Positions 1 through 12,844 of a stretch of DNA of 64,000 nucleotides are shown piece after piece. Positions within the stretch are counted from its first letter, which is position 1, and every line of letters begins with the position of its first letter. The position numbers were made by a program, and so were the translations under genes. The stretch spans positions 6,386,001 to 6,450,000 of the forward strand of contig OX597823.1 in NCBI GenBank assembly GCA_951406725.2, in the 5' to 3' direction. Under the pieces are notes generated by a model. That model was not told the DNA's origin, searched no databases, and was given only the letters and a program-made list of their open reading frames with translations. Origin of the DNA: Octopus vulgaris (taxonomy: Eukaryota).

Positions 1-444
<444 letters not shown>

Positions 445-3400
445 TCTATGTCTGACTTTTGCTTTATGTTTGTACAAGTTGGCTCCAAGTCTCACCCAGA
501 GACCTCAAGAGACAACAGGCTGGAAGTTCACGTTGCTGTTATGCCTAGTGTGTCACATATTTGGGTTTTTTTTGGTGTTGTACTAGTGAATGTCTAATAA
601 ATAAATTTTTTTTAAAAGTTTGTTTTAAACCTTGAGATTTCATAGAGAGTATTTTGCGTAGGATATGAGCAGTTCCCATGAGCACTATCTTTTGAATTTC
701 TGCCATTTTGGGGTTTTCTGGTATCTGAGTTACGGAGCAATCAGCCCCTTTCGCTATCATTCCCAGGGCACCTATGACAACAGGTATTGTTTTAGTCTTC
801 AGGATCCACATTTTGCTGATTTCTATTTCAAGATCTTTATATTTGCTCAGGTTTTGGTAGGTCTTGACAGATACGTTTATATCGATTGGGACAGTTATAT
901 CAATGAGAAGGCATGTTCTTTGTCTGAAGTCTTTCAACATGATATCTGGCCTGTTTGCATCTATCTTTCTGACAGTTTGAATGGTGAAGTTCCAGAGGAG
1001 TGGGATGTGGTCATTTTCAAGCACTGGGGGTGGTTTGTGTTCCCACCAGTTTTTTTCATGTGGCAAATCCATGTTTTTGCAAATTAACCAGTGAATATAT
1101 TGTGCAGCTCTATCATGCCTGTTGAGGTACTCTGTAGGCGCTAGAAGACTGCTCTTGGAGACAACATGATCAATGGTTTCATTTTGTTGTCGACATACAC
1201 GACATGTTGGGCTACTGCCGTTCTTTAATATGTTGGCCTGGTAGTTTCTTGTTGGCAGGCATTGATCTTGAGCTGCTATGATAAACCCTTGTGTTTCAGA
1301 TTTTAAGCCAGAGGCCATTAGCCATTGATGGGTCAGACTTTGTCAATATCTGCATTATTCGCTCTCTTTGGGTATTTGCCATAGAGAGGCTTTTCTTGCC
1401 ATTTATTATTCAGAATATCTAAGGCTGCAGTTTTGGCACGGGTTTTCATGCGCTTAGCTATTTCTGTGCTTGTTTCTTGTATGTCTATCTCTAATTCCGA
1501 AATTTGTTGTATTCGGAATTCACTTAGATATTCCATTGCCTGTTTTGTTACTGAGTTGTTACTGTTTTGTTACTACTTTCTTGTTTTCATGTTTTGAGAC
1601 AAGTTTTAACATCCAGTCCTCAGACTTTTCCAGGTAGGTGTCTAGGCCAATTGTAGCAATCTTCATTGTTATTACCAGTTGTAAAAGACACGGCCTCTTT
1701 TTCTTGGCAGATAAAGTCGTTCTGTATCTGCCTTAGGGTGGTGCATTCTATGCATTGTCAACAGTTTTCGTATTTTTCTGTCAAGCTGACATATTTCAGT
1801 AATTGACCAGTTAACGATATTGAAACTGTAAGTCACGACTGGTATGGCTAATGCATTGATCGCTTCGATCCTGTTTCTTGCATTCAGCTCTGTCTTGAGT
1901 ATTGCTCTCACTCTTCGAAAACATTCTCTCTTGATCATTTCCTTCATCTCTGAATGCCTTATTCCGTCCCCTTCAATTACCACTAGGTACTTGTAGCTCT
2001 CCGCTGGGTCTAGTTCTTTTATGACATTCTGCTGGTCAGTGGTAACGTTACATGTTTCTGTCATTTTTCCTTTGATAAATGTAGCTTTTGCACATTTATC
2101 GTGATCAAATTGCATTCTGATGTCATCACTGAATTGTTTGACTATCGCTAGTAAGCCCTTGAGTTGTTGGTCATTTTTTTGCAAAAAGCTTTAAATCATC
2201 CATGTAAATGAGATGATTTATATTTTTATCAAACATTTTATACCCGTACTGCGCGTCATTGAGCAGTTTTGAGAAAGATATTAAGGCTAAACAAAAGAGG
2301 AGTGGTGACAGTGAGTCACCCCGGAAAATTCCACATGAAATTTTTACATCACCAGCATTTAGGGATTCATTGTCACTGTTCAGAGTTAGTGTGGTTCTCC
2401 ATGATCTCATACCTACAGTCAAAAAGTTTCGTAGAGTAGTTGCTATCTTATACATTTCCAGGCATTTCTTAATCCAGCTATGTGGTAGGCTATCAAAATC
2501 CTTTTTATAGTCTATCCAGGCTATTGATAAGTTTTTGTGTCGTTTGTGACAATCTTCTAAGATCATCTTATTGATGAGTAGTTGATCTTTACAACCGTAG
2601 GATCCACGTTTACATCATTTCTGTTCATTAGGGAATATGCTGCTGTTTGTTAAAAAACTATAAGTATATTCCGTCAGGACAGATGTTAGCGTTTTATACA
2701 TAGTTGTTAAGCAAATTATGGGTCTATAGTTTTTTGGTTCATTTGTTTCTTCACTTTTTGGAAGCAGGAATGTTAACCCATTAACTAGCCAAGGAGGCAC
2801 CCTACTAGGGTGTTGCAAAACATCATTGTAAAGTTCTGTCTGCAGTCCATGGCTCTCTGGGAAGGCATTCAGCCAGAAGTTAGGAATTTTATCCTTTCCT
2901 GGAGACTTCCATTTGCTTGACCTCCTGAGAGCAGATCTTATATCTTCTACCTTGACACCCTCCCACTTTTGCTCTTCTAAGGAGTCCACTTCTGTAGATA
3001 TTCTGTCAATCCAGGGGGCCTTTTCGTTGTGTGTTTTTTCTTCTGACCAAATTTTATTCCAAAACCCCTGCACTTCTTCTTTTGATGGTACAGACCTTGC
3101 AGTAACTGCTGTTTTTCCTATCTTCCTTTAAAAATTCTTGGTGTTATTTTTGAACATATTGTTGTCCTTGAAAAATCTAACACGCTTTTCATACCTCGCT
3201 ATGCGGGCAGCTTTAGCAGATACCTTTTGTTTGATGGTTTCTATGGTGGCATCAATATCAAGTATAGTTTTCATATTATATTTTTTCATTAAATTTTGGG
3301 TTTTTGTAGGTTTGGTAGTCTTGTCAACCTTAAGGTTTTTCAAATATTCAATGTCAGATCTAAATAGTTTAATTTTTTGTTGCAAACGCTCTTGCCAAGA

Positions 3401-3550
3401 AGGCTTTTTGTGGGAATGTTGCCGTTTTCTAATCTTTACACTACATAGGATCGTTGAGATTTTCGCGGATGCATAGTATAGGTGGTTGAGATTTGTGATA
3501 TCAACATCATTAGCTGAAATTATATCTTTAAGTGCAAGCCGGATTTTACC
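445..3550 (-). mobile_element. Dong/R4-clade RLE non-LTR retrotransposon, frameshifted and 5'-truncated
   Basis: Minus-strand ORFs give RT motifs ([40 protein letters not shown]), a CRVC..H zinc knuckle and RHD/RPDI/IDIT/KYKDL endonuclease motifs; (TAA)n on both sides. Confidence 0.9.
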
Positions 3551-3565
3551 AATTATTTTATTATA

Positions 3566-3619
<54 letters not shown>

Positions 3620-3633
3620 ACAACAACAATGAC

Positions 3634-3701
<68 letters not shown>

Positions 3702-3703
<2 letters not shown>

Positions 3704-4266
3704 TGGAGATGGACAAGAAACAATAAATCATATTATCTCTAGCTGCCCAGTCCTGGCTAAGAAGGAATATATTCACAGACATGACAGAGTTGGAACCTAC
3801 ATACATTGGAAGCTATGCCAACATTATGGAATAACAACAGAAAAAAGATGGTATAGGCACACACCAGAAAAGGTCACAGAAAACGAGAAAGCAACCATAC
3901 TCTGGGATATGCCGATACACACAGATAGAGAAATTAAGGCCAACAGACCAGATATAGTTGTCAGAGATCATGAAGAAAAAAAATGCTTTCTAATTGATGT
4001 ATCAATACGTGTATCTAAAAGAAATGGAGAAACTCTCAAAATACAAAGACCTGGAAATAGAGGTAACCAGAATGTGGAATCTAATAACAGAAACAATTCC
4101 TATCATAGTAGGTGCATTAGGCATGATAAAAAAATATTCAGACAAATACATAACAAAAACACCAGGACTTACAAACACATATAACATACAGAAAATTGCA
4201 CTACTAGGCACACAGAGCTGCGCTCGGTAGTGAAGTGAAAGCACGCTATAAAAATAAAACTACTGA
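3702..4266 (+). mobile_element. 3' fragment of a Dong/R4-like LINE (RLE domain)
   Basis: HRHD, ANRPDIVV, LIDVS and KLSKYKDLEIE motifs; (AAT)n at both ends (3635-3701, 4267-4416). Confidence 0.85.
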
Positions 4267-4277
4267 ATAATAATAAT

Positions 4278-4418
<141 letters not shown>

Positions 4419-5281
4419 GCTTTTGGGGGATGGATGGGACAAAAGGGAACATGACAACCATCATCAACACCAAAAACTTCGTCACCAGCAGAAAACACCA
4501 ACACCAACATTATCATCAATACCATATTTATCGTCAGAACAAAAACTACAAATCCTCATCTTTTTCACGAAGATCAAAATTGATAAGATCAGCATCATAT
4601 CATCATCATCAACACTCCCACAATAATTTCTTCTCTCCTTTCTTCTTCTCCTTGTCGTTGTCTGACTCATCACCCTCTTCCTCCGCCTCTTCCACTTCCT
4701 CCTCCATCTTCTACTTCTTTTTCTTCATTGCCTTCTATTCTTGTACTTCTGCCAGATTTCTTTTGTATTTGCTTCCTCACACTTTCATTTCTTTGTTTCT
4801 TAAATATTTGTCTTATATAAAACATCTTCAGCTTCCTCTCCTTCATTCCTCTCCTTCACTCAACGACTGCGTGATCAAGCTCTTCTTCATCTCCGTCATT
4901 AAAAAATCATCGTCAGAATCGTTATTGCTCATCATGAGAACTATCATCATCACCATAACTATCGTCACCAATACCTTTCTTACTGGCAACACCACTTTCA
5001 TCATTGCCACTATAATCAGCATTATCATCATCATCGTTATTAACACTAACTACACCCTCCACCTACCCCTCTGTCTTGTCATCATATCCACTACCATCAC
5101 CACGATCATCGTCGTCACCGTCACCATGATCATGATCATCATCATCATCAGTAACAGCAGCACCAACAACATCATCATCGTCATCGTATTCTTCCTTATC
5201 ATAATCGTCGATTTCTTTTCTTCTCCACACTCATCTAAATACTTTGATATAATATTGATTATTTATTCCCAAACCCACTTC

Positions 5282-6383
5282 TTTTGGATCTTCCCATAAA
5301 CGATACAGCTTCGGAATATTCTGCTTTATGAGTTCAATAAAGGCAATACCACAACAGAGAATGCGAGGGATAATAATGCTCTGTAGGGGGCTCGGTCAAT
5401 AAGCGAAAGCCGCTGTCGATGGGATTTACAGCAATTCCGAGCCGGAGACAACAGCCTAGAAGACGAGCCTTTTCCTGGAAGATCTGTAGAGCTCGATGAG
5501 GACGTCCTGCAAAACTGGTAGAACAAAATCCCATCGTATCTCTTGAGGAAGTAGCAGAGTAGCTTACATTTCATCATTTAACCACTCATCGACATCTACA
5601 TGTCAGCGAAAAGTCAGCAAATTGGGTGAATGGTTTCCTCACAAATGTTCCGTGTCTAATCGTGCGCAGACAGCGAATGTGTCTTTTTCTTTGCCATCTC
5701 GTCTGACTACAGAATCATTTCGGACCGAATAGTAACCGGTGACGAGAAATAGATTGTCTATGAGAATACAATGCGCCGTAGCTAATGAGTAGGAAAAGGA
5801 AAAAGATCGCCACCCCAGGCTAAAGAAGGTCTTCACCCACTTAAGTTCTTACTAATTGTTTGGTGGTAAATGAATTCTCTAGTTCACTTTGAACGTTTAA
5901 AACCAAGCCAAACGATAACAAAGGATATCTACTACAAGCAACTTGAGCGGCTTAAGTTGGCTTTAAATGAAAAACGACTGTCTTTGTTATCAAGTCAAAA
6001 TGTGTACTTCGATCTGGATAATGCTCGGCTACATACAACGAGGATGATATTCGAAAGGCTAGACCTGCCTGAATGGAAAACGAAGCCCCACACACCAAAT
6101 TTTTTGCTGGACATTTCTACCTCTGATTATCAGTTATTCTGTAGTCTTCAAAACTATTTGGATGGAAAAAATATGAAATTTGTAGACAATTCCAGTACTA
6201 GAGGAGTATTTTTTTTTACGTAAAAGTGAAGTCTAGAAGAGGGGCCATGCAAGTCTACAAGATAGATGTAAGAGCATTGTAGAAAATGAAAGAGAGTAGA
6301 TTTTAGATTTAAAAAGAACTTTGTTTATTTTAATTATGAAATTGAAAGTATAAAAAACGGCATTCTTTATGGGAAAAAACAAT
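5282..6383 (+). mobile_element. Decayed mariner (Tc1/mariner) transposon
   Basis: IVTGDEK, DNARLHT and DISTSDYQLF motifs (cf. mariner HDNARPH and YSPDLAPSDYHLF); terminal inverted TTCCCATAAA / TTTATGGGAA. Confidence 0.85.
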
Positions 6384-6417
6384 AAATATTCCTCTCAAAT
6401 TAATTTTTATTTAATAG

Positions 6418-6514
6418 GAATTTGTATAACAATGATAAATCTCTGAACGAGGTATAATGGTATCAAGAAAATTGCAGGAGGTATTTTCTAGAACCTTTCT
6501 CGTTTAACAGAATT
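6418..6514 (+). pseudogene. LRR pseudo-exon with a 25-nt insertion and an in-frame TAG
   Basis: ag|G AAT TTG TAT AAC AAT GAT [25 nt] ATC AAG...TTC TAG AAC CTT...GAA TT|gt; removing the insertion gives 72 nt, NLYNNDIKKIAGGIF*NLSRLTEL. Confidence 0.75.
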
Positions 6515-6586
6515 GTAATTTGGATCATTCTCGATAGTATTTCACTGCAGTCATATTTGTAATTTTTAATTACCATCCCATTCTAT

Positions 6587-6628
<42 letters not shown>

Positions 6629-7119
6629 TCTCATACCACCTCCACAGCTGTATGTGATTGTTTTTTAATGTCTGTCAATGTGAATGTGTGCGTGTGTATT
6701 TTTGTGTCCTTAGGCGTGTGTGTGTTAGTACATACGCGTGTGTGATTGTTCAAGCCGCACATTTTATGTATGTGTTCACATATGTTTATGTTTCGTGTAT
6801 GGATGGTTCAATACTAGTGTATCAACTTGTATTGATGTCTGTATAACATTTACTGCTTTTAGCTCTGGATCAACGTTGAATGCCAACCATCAATCTTCGA
6901 ATTGTAATTATAAAGCAATGTTACTCATGTATACAAATCTCTAAACTTCCAACTCTTAAACATTTATTTTCCAACCAGGACAAACATCATCATAAAAATG
7001 AATATTATCGCCATCATCAGCGTCCTCAGAAATGTCAACAGATCTATCAACACCATCACAAACCTCACCACTACCACCACCACCACTTTCCTAAATTTTT
7101 AGGCATTATACTTTATATT

Positions 7120-7191
7120 TCATTTGTATGAAAATCAAATCACTGAATTAGAAGCTGCATCTTTTCAGGATCTTCCCAGTTTAACGAATCT
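7120..7191 (+). pseudogene. LRR exon copy lacking its 3' splice acceptor
   Basis: Encodes HLYENQITELEAASFQDLPSLTNL with a GT donor, but the TTACAG acceptor of its paralog at 12297 is missing. Confidence 0.75.
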
Positions 7192-7767
7192 GTAAATTTA
7201 ATTAGTCTTTTGGTTGTCTTTTATTGACTATATAATTCTAAAATTTAATGTCTCTCAATGCTTTCTTTTTTCTCTCACTCTTCTTAACGCACTATATACA
7301 CTATATACACTCGGTCGATTTCCACAGGAACATGTATTCGTTGTGACTATCTGACAAGTTATGTGTATGTGTGAATATCAGTGTCTAGGTTTATGTATGA
7401 GTCTCTGATAATTAATGTATAGGATCTTTGTACATGTGTGTCTATGTGTATGTGTCTGTCTGTATGAGTGAAAGTACACGAGTGAGCGACTTGACTTTTA
7501 TATCTTTTTGTATATTATTTATTATATTTATTTCTCGATCAACGCTGATTACTATTCATGGCTCTCCGTTCTAATTATTTCCATTCAGCGTAATTTTATT
7601 TCAACTTTTCTATTTCTTTATCATTTACTCCTAAACACGAAACATGCATCTGCCTAAATTTCTTCTTTTATATCGAAAATTTCTTTTTACTTCTCATTCT
7701 CCCCCTCCTCATCCACCACCACATCCTCCTCCTTCTTCTACCACAACAATAGCGACTTCGACTACTG

Positions 7768-7859
<92 letters not shown>

Positions 7860-7869
7860 TTCATTTTCT

Positions 7870-9062
7870 GGCTACTAGTGCCGATGTAAAGGGGACAATA
7901 CAGCAGACGGGGACAGTGGGGATTTTACAAAAACAACTAAACAGTTACGAAAACAATAACAAAATATATGAAACAATAAAAAATATTACAGTGACATTTC
8001 CCAATAGGGGTGATGACCACCGATGGTTGGCTAAGATAATCCCCAATGCTGAACCACCCGATGCTTCGATGGTGATCGGGAACCGGTGCACCTCTCCTCC
8101 TCAAATTCACCAAAATACAGACGCATTATTTGAGTACGTCCACCCACGCAGGTCATTTCGCTTCATTCACACACATTTCAGCAAATGCATGGGGTAGCAT
8201 TTATTCTTTGTATAGCCTCATCTTCCTTTCCAAGTGAAATCTGAGAATTCCCTGCTCTTCTTGGCCAAAGAAGTCGGTGGTTCAATCTTCACTATGGACT
8301 CGGCCGTTTACCTCACTCATACTAAACTCAGCAACAACTGTTCGACATAACCCCAAATGTGAGTAATGCATGACACTGAACGAGTGTTTGCAGTACGGTT
8401 TTGTCGCTCTACCTACAACTAGGGCAAGTATGGGTGAGACCACTTCCGCACCTGTAGAGTTTATCACGGACCTGTAGTGTCCCCTGCTGGTAGTACTGGA
8501 AAGGGAGGGATTTCTGGAAGTTATCCATGGTCCCCGGCACAAAAGTCTTCTGAATCAGACTGCTCAGTTCGAATTCCCTGATGTGCTTCATCGTAATTTT
8601 TCCACCAGTAACCCTGTTCAGAATTCAAGCGTTGATACTCCACTGACAGATTTTCTCACCTGGAAGATGGTAATGGAAAAGGGTACTGGGCTTCTTCTTC
8701 ACCTAGGACTGCAACTCATTTAAGGAGAGGAGCTGGGAAAGTACATCTATGTCAAAAGGAGATTACACCTGTTCAACGTTTAGGCTCAATATCTGGATAT
8801 ACCGCATCCTCAGCGCATGTCTACTCATCATAAGCCACGGCATGCCTAATATCTAACATAGAGGTTGCTGGCAGCGGATGAACGCCTCACCAACCAAACC
8901 TCTGCACAAGAATGTGAAGAGGAGTTGCTCCAGCTTGGCGATGCGCGAGAGGGCGCAAAACACGACGGTCAACGGGTAGTAGACGAACGGTACGTAAATG
9001 ACGACCGCGATGAACGCATTTGCCACATCCAACCTCCTCTGCTCCTCCCCGACTTTTCCGGG
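7870..9062 (-). mobile_element. L1/Tx1-like LINE ORF2 3' fragment
   Basis: Minus-strand AKLEQLLFTFL segment and RDKLYRCG..CPSC zinc-finger-like segment; GC-richer than flanks. Confidence 0.6.
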
Positions 9063-9244
9063 TGACATTTCTTCTCCACTTCCACATCATCATACTCATC
9101 ACTGCCCTTAATCCACCCAATTTTATCTCCAAAATCATTATGAAGTTCATCTTGATAGTAATCTACTTTTCAGCTTTTGCATCATCCAATTCTTTAGACA
9201 CAAATTTGTTCAATAAATGTTCTTCACTCAATGTTATGTTTCAG

Positions 9245-9316
9245 GAAATTGTTCGAAAATAGAATTAAGAATATCAAAGCAGGAACCTTCCGAAATCTTT
9301 CCAGTTTAACAAGTCT
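9245..9316 (+). CDS. 72-nt LRR exon, class A: KLFENRIKNIKAGTFRNLSSLTSL
   Basis: tttcag|...CT|gtaagt; phase 2-2; LRR consensus. Confidence 0.9.
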
Positions 9317-10406
9317 GTAAGTTGAATCAACCTCCTTTTATAGTATTTCTTTGACAATATCTTTCTAAATCTGTAATGTCTTTCTATAGACACAATTTAT
9401 AGTTTGTCACCTTCATCTCCTTTTATGACTTTTTCTGCTTCTTTAATTTTTTTTTTTGGCCTGTAGTTCTAGTACTTCCTCTTCTCCTGCTATTTATTCT
9501 CCATCTTATTCTTATTTTCCTACTTGTTCTTCCTCTCCTCTTCCCCATCTCTTCTTCTTCTTCTTCTTCTTCTTCTTCTTCTGCTTCTTCTTCTTCTTCT
9601 TCTTCTTCTTCTTCTTCTTCTTCTTCTTCTTCTTCTTCTTCTTCTTCTCCTTCTTCTCCTTCTTCTTCTTCTTCTTGCACTCACTCTTTCTTCATGTTCC
9701 TCGCTCTCTTCATTTCGTTCTATTTCTTGTTTCACGTTCACTCATCATTCTTCACTTCCCCTTCTTCTCCATTCCACATTCCTCTATTTTCCCTCTCTTC
9801 TGTTCTTGTTTTTCTTCCTCTTCCTCATGATCATCATGAGCATTATCATAATCATCTCCGTCGTCATCGTCTTGTTTTCTCGTCTTCCTTTTCACATCTC
9901 CTCCTTCTCCTCTTTGTCGTCGTCTGCCTCATCACCCTCTTCTTTCCCCTCTCTCTCGTCCCTCTCCCGCTCTTTCATTTGTTTGTTTCTTTAATATTTG
10001 TCTCATGTAAAAAAAACCTTCATCTTCTTCTTCGTCTTTCATCATAGTCAACGTCCACGTGATCAAGTTCTTCAATTTGTTCATGAAAAATCTTCATGAG
10101 GATCGCTATGTTCATCATTAGAATTATCATCATCACCATAAGCAGCATTAGTATCATCATCGTTATTCCCACTAAGTACATCACCCACCTCCTCATCCTC
10201 TGACATATCCGACCACCATCATCGTCGTCATCGTCACCTTTACTACGATCATCACCATCATCATGAGCGGCAGCAGCAGCACCATCATCAACATCATCAT
10301 CGTCTCCTAGTTCTTCCTTATCATAATCGTCGTTTTCTTTCCTCCTCCACATTCATCTAATTATTTCGTCATTATATTTTAAAAATTTACTCCGAATCAC
10401 ACTTTT

Positions 10407-11194
10407 GTATCTTCCCATAAAAATATACCATTTTCAAATGCATGAACCAAAGATCGGACTGCGACGGGATGAATTACCTGCATCACCTTGCTATAAAACA
10501 AGGTAGCAATTTCACTATGCTTAATGGAAATTCTATTCTTAGTGGAAATCTCGAAGAGTGCATTTCGATTTAAAGAGTTATTATTTTTCAAAGCTATAAT
10601 GGACGTGTCAGAGAGCATTATCATAATCATTATCATAATCATATTCGGCAAATACTTCTTTATGAGTTCAATAAAGGCGACAACGCAAAGGAACGTGCGA
10701 TGAGTAATAATACACTGCATGGGTGACGGTCAATAATCGTAAGCCAGTGTCAATACGGGTTACTGCAATTCCGTATCTGAGACTACAGCCTATACGACTA
10801 GCCTCGTCATGGAAGATCTGTAGACATCGACGAGGATGTTCTGCAAAACTGGTAGAACAAAATTCCATCGTATCTGTTGAGGAACTACCAGAGAATCTTG
10901 CATTTATTCATTCAACCATTCGACATCTGCGTGCCAGAGGAGAAGTCAGCAAATTGCCTCAATTGGCTCCTCACAAACTTCCCGAGACTAATCGTGCGCA
11001 GACAGCGAATGTGCATTTCTTTGCTGTCAAGTCTGACGAAAGATCCATTTTTGACCAAATAATTACTGGTGACGAAAAATGGATTCTCTAGAGGTATGTC
11101 CAGCGCAGAAGACAATGGTCAGGTAAAGTAGAAACACCGACAGACCAGACTAAAGGAAGTCTTCACCTACTTAAGGTGTTACAATTTGTTTGGT
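10407..11194 (+). mobile_element. Second mariner copy, 5' half
   Basis: TIR CTTCCCATAAA; IRQILLYEFNKG and ITGDEKWIL motifs; similar to 5282-5870; ends at a SINE. Confidence 0.8.
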
Positions 11195-11422
11195 GGCGAG
11201 CTGGCAGAAACGTTAGCACGCTAGGCGAAATGCGTAGCCGTATTTCGTCTGGCGCTACGTTCTGAGTTCAAACTCCGCCGAGGTCGACTTTGCCTTTCAT
11301 CCTTTCGGGGTCGATAAATTAAGTACCAGTTACGCACTGGGGTCGATGTAATTAACTTAATAACTATGTCTGTCCCTGTTTGTCCCGTCTATGTTTAGCC
11401 CCTTGTGAGTAGTAAAGAAATA
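11195..11422 (+). mobile_element. tRNA-derived SINE, family A
   Basis: GGCGAGCTGGCAGAA...GAGTTCAAA B-box-like head and TTGCCTTTCATCCTTTCGGGGTCGATAAA core; many copies in the window. Confidence 0.85.
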
Positions 11423-12296
11423 GGTATATGAGTGTGTGTGTGTGTGTGTTTGTGAGTCCTTATGTGTGTGTGTTTGTGAGTCCTTATGTGTGTGTGTAAG
11501 TACATAGGACCGTGTGACAGTTCAAGCAGCACATTTTATGTATGAGTATACATATGTTTATGTATACTCATATGTAAATAAACCCAATCTGTTTCTTAAA
11601 GGAGGGACATATTCATTATGCACAGAATGTTATTTACCCAAATGGAGGTTAGCGATTGGTTAAAATTGCCAAATGCTCGAAATTAAAGACGAAATATGTT
11701 ACAAACTATAGAATTTTTTCAATAAAGAGTAAATGATGTTTTATAAACACATTCTACCAGAATACGAAGTTTAAAAGTGTTTAGTTAACTAGAAATTGTG
11801 TTGAAAAGTGCCGTTCAAAAGGAAAAGTTCCCCATTTTGGACCAAATAGTTACTGGTGACATTTTATGTATGTGAATACATATGTTTATGTTCTGTGTAT
11901 GGCTGGTCCAATACTAGTGTATTCATGTCTGTATAACTCTTACTGCGTTTAGCTCTGGATCAACGATGAATGCCACATATCGATCTTCTAATTGTATGTT
12001 TAAAGCAAATTTAATCATATGCAAATATCTACAACCTTTAAACTCTTAGCCATTTACTTTCTTTATTTCTCTGAAAATATTTCCAGCTACGTAAATTCTT
12101 CACCATCACGATCATCAACGTTATCATTGCCATGGCTTTCCTCATCAACATAATTAAGATAAACACCATCAATACCACTACCATCATCATCAATATCATC
12201 ATGATACTCATCATCATCACCATTGTCTTTGTCATCTACCCTGTCACCATCAGCTTCGCTTTCCTAAATTTCTAGGCATTATATTTTCCGTTACAG

Positions 12297-12368
12297 ACAT
12301 TTGTATCAAAATCAAATCACTGAATTAGAAGTTGGATCTTTTCAAAATCTTCCCAGTTTAGAGACTCT
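12297..12368 (+). CDS. 72-nt LRR exon, class D: HLYQNQITELEVGSFQNLPSLETL
   Basis: ttacag|...CT|gtaagt. Confidence 0.9.
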
Positions 12369-12844
12369 GTAAGTTTAATTAGTTTTTTGATTCTCTTTTA
12401 TTGACAATATAATTCTAAACATTTAGTATCCTTCCATGCTTTCTTTTTTCTCTCACTCTCCTTAACTCATTTTATACGCTATATATACTCAGTCACTTTG
12501 TGAATGCTTGAGAAGGTGTTGTTTAGGTGCGTGTGTGTGAGGGTGTGTGAGAGTGTGTGAACATCAGTGTGTATGTTTTTGTATGAGTTTCTGATAATTA
12601 ATGCATATAATTTTGTGCATTATTGCGCATGTGTCAGTCTGTTACTTTCGTTATGAATTAACATACTCGAGTAACTGACTTGATTTCTTTATTATTTATT
12701 TTGTATATTATTTTTTATGTTTACTTCTCGATCAACGCTGATTAACTTTCATGGTTCTCCGTTCTAATTAATTATTGCGAATTACATTATTCATGTTGAA
12801 ATTTTGCCATGTTCCTAAGGTATGTTTCGATGTTATTAAAAAAT

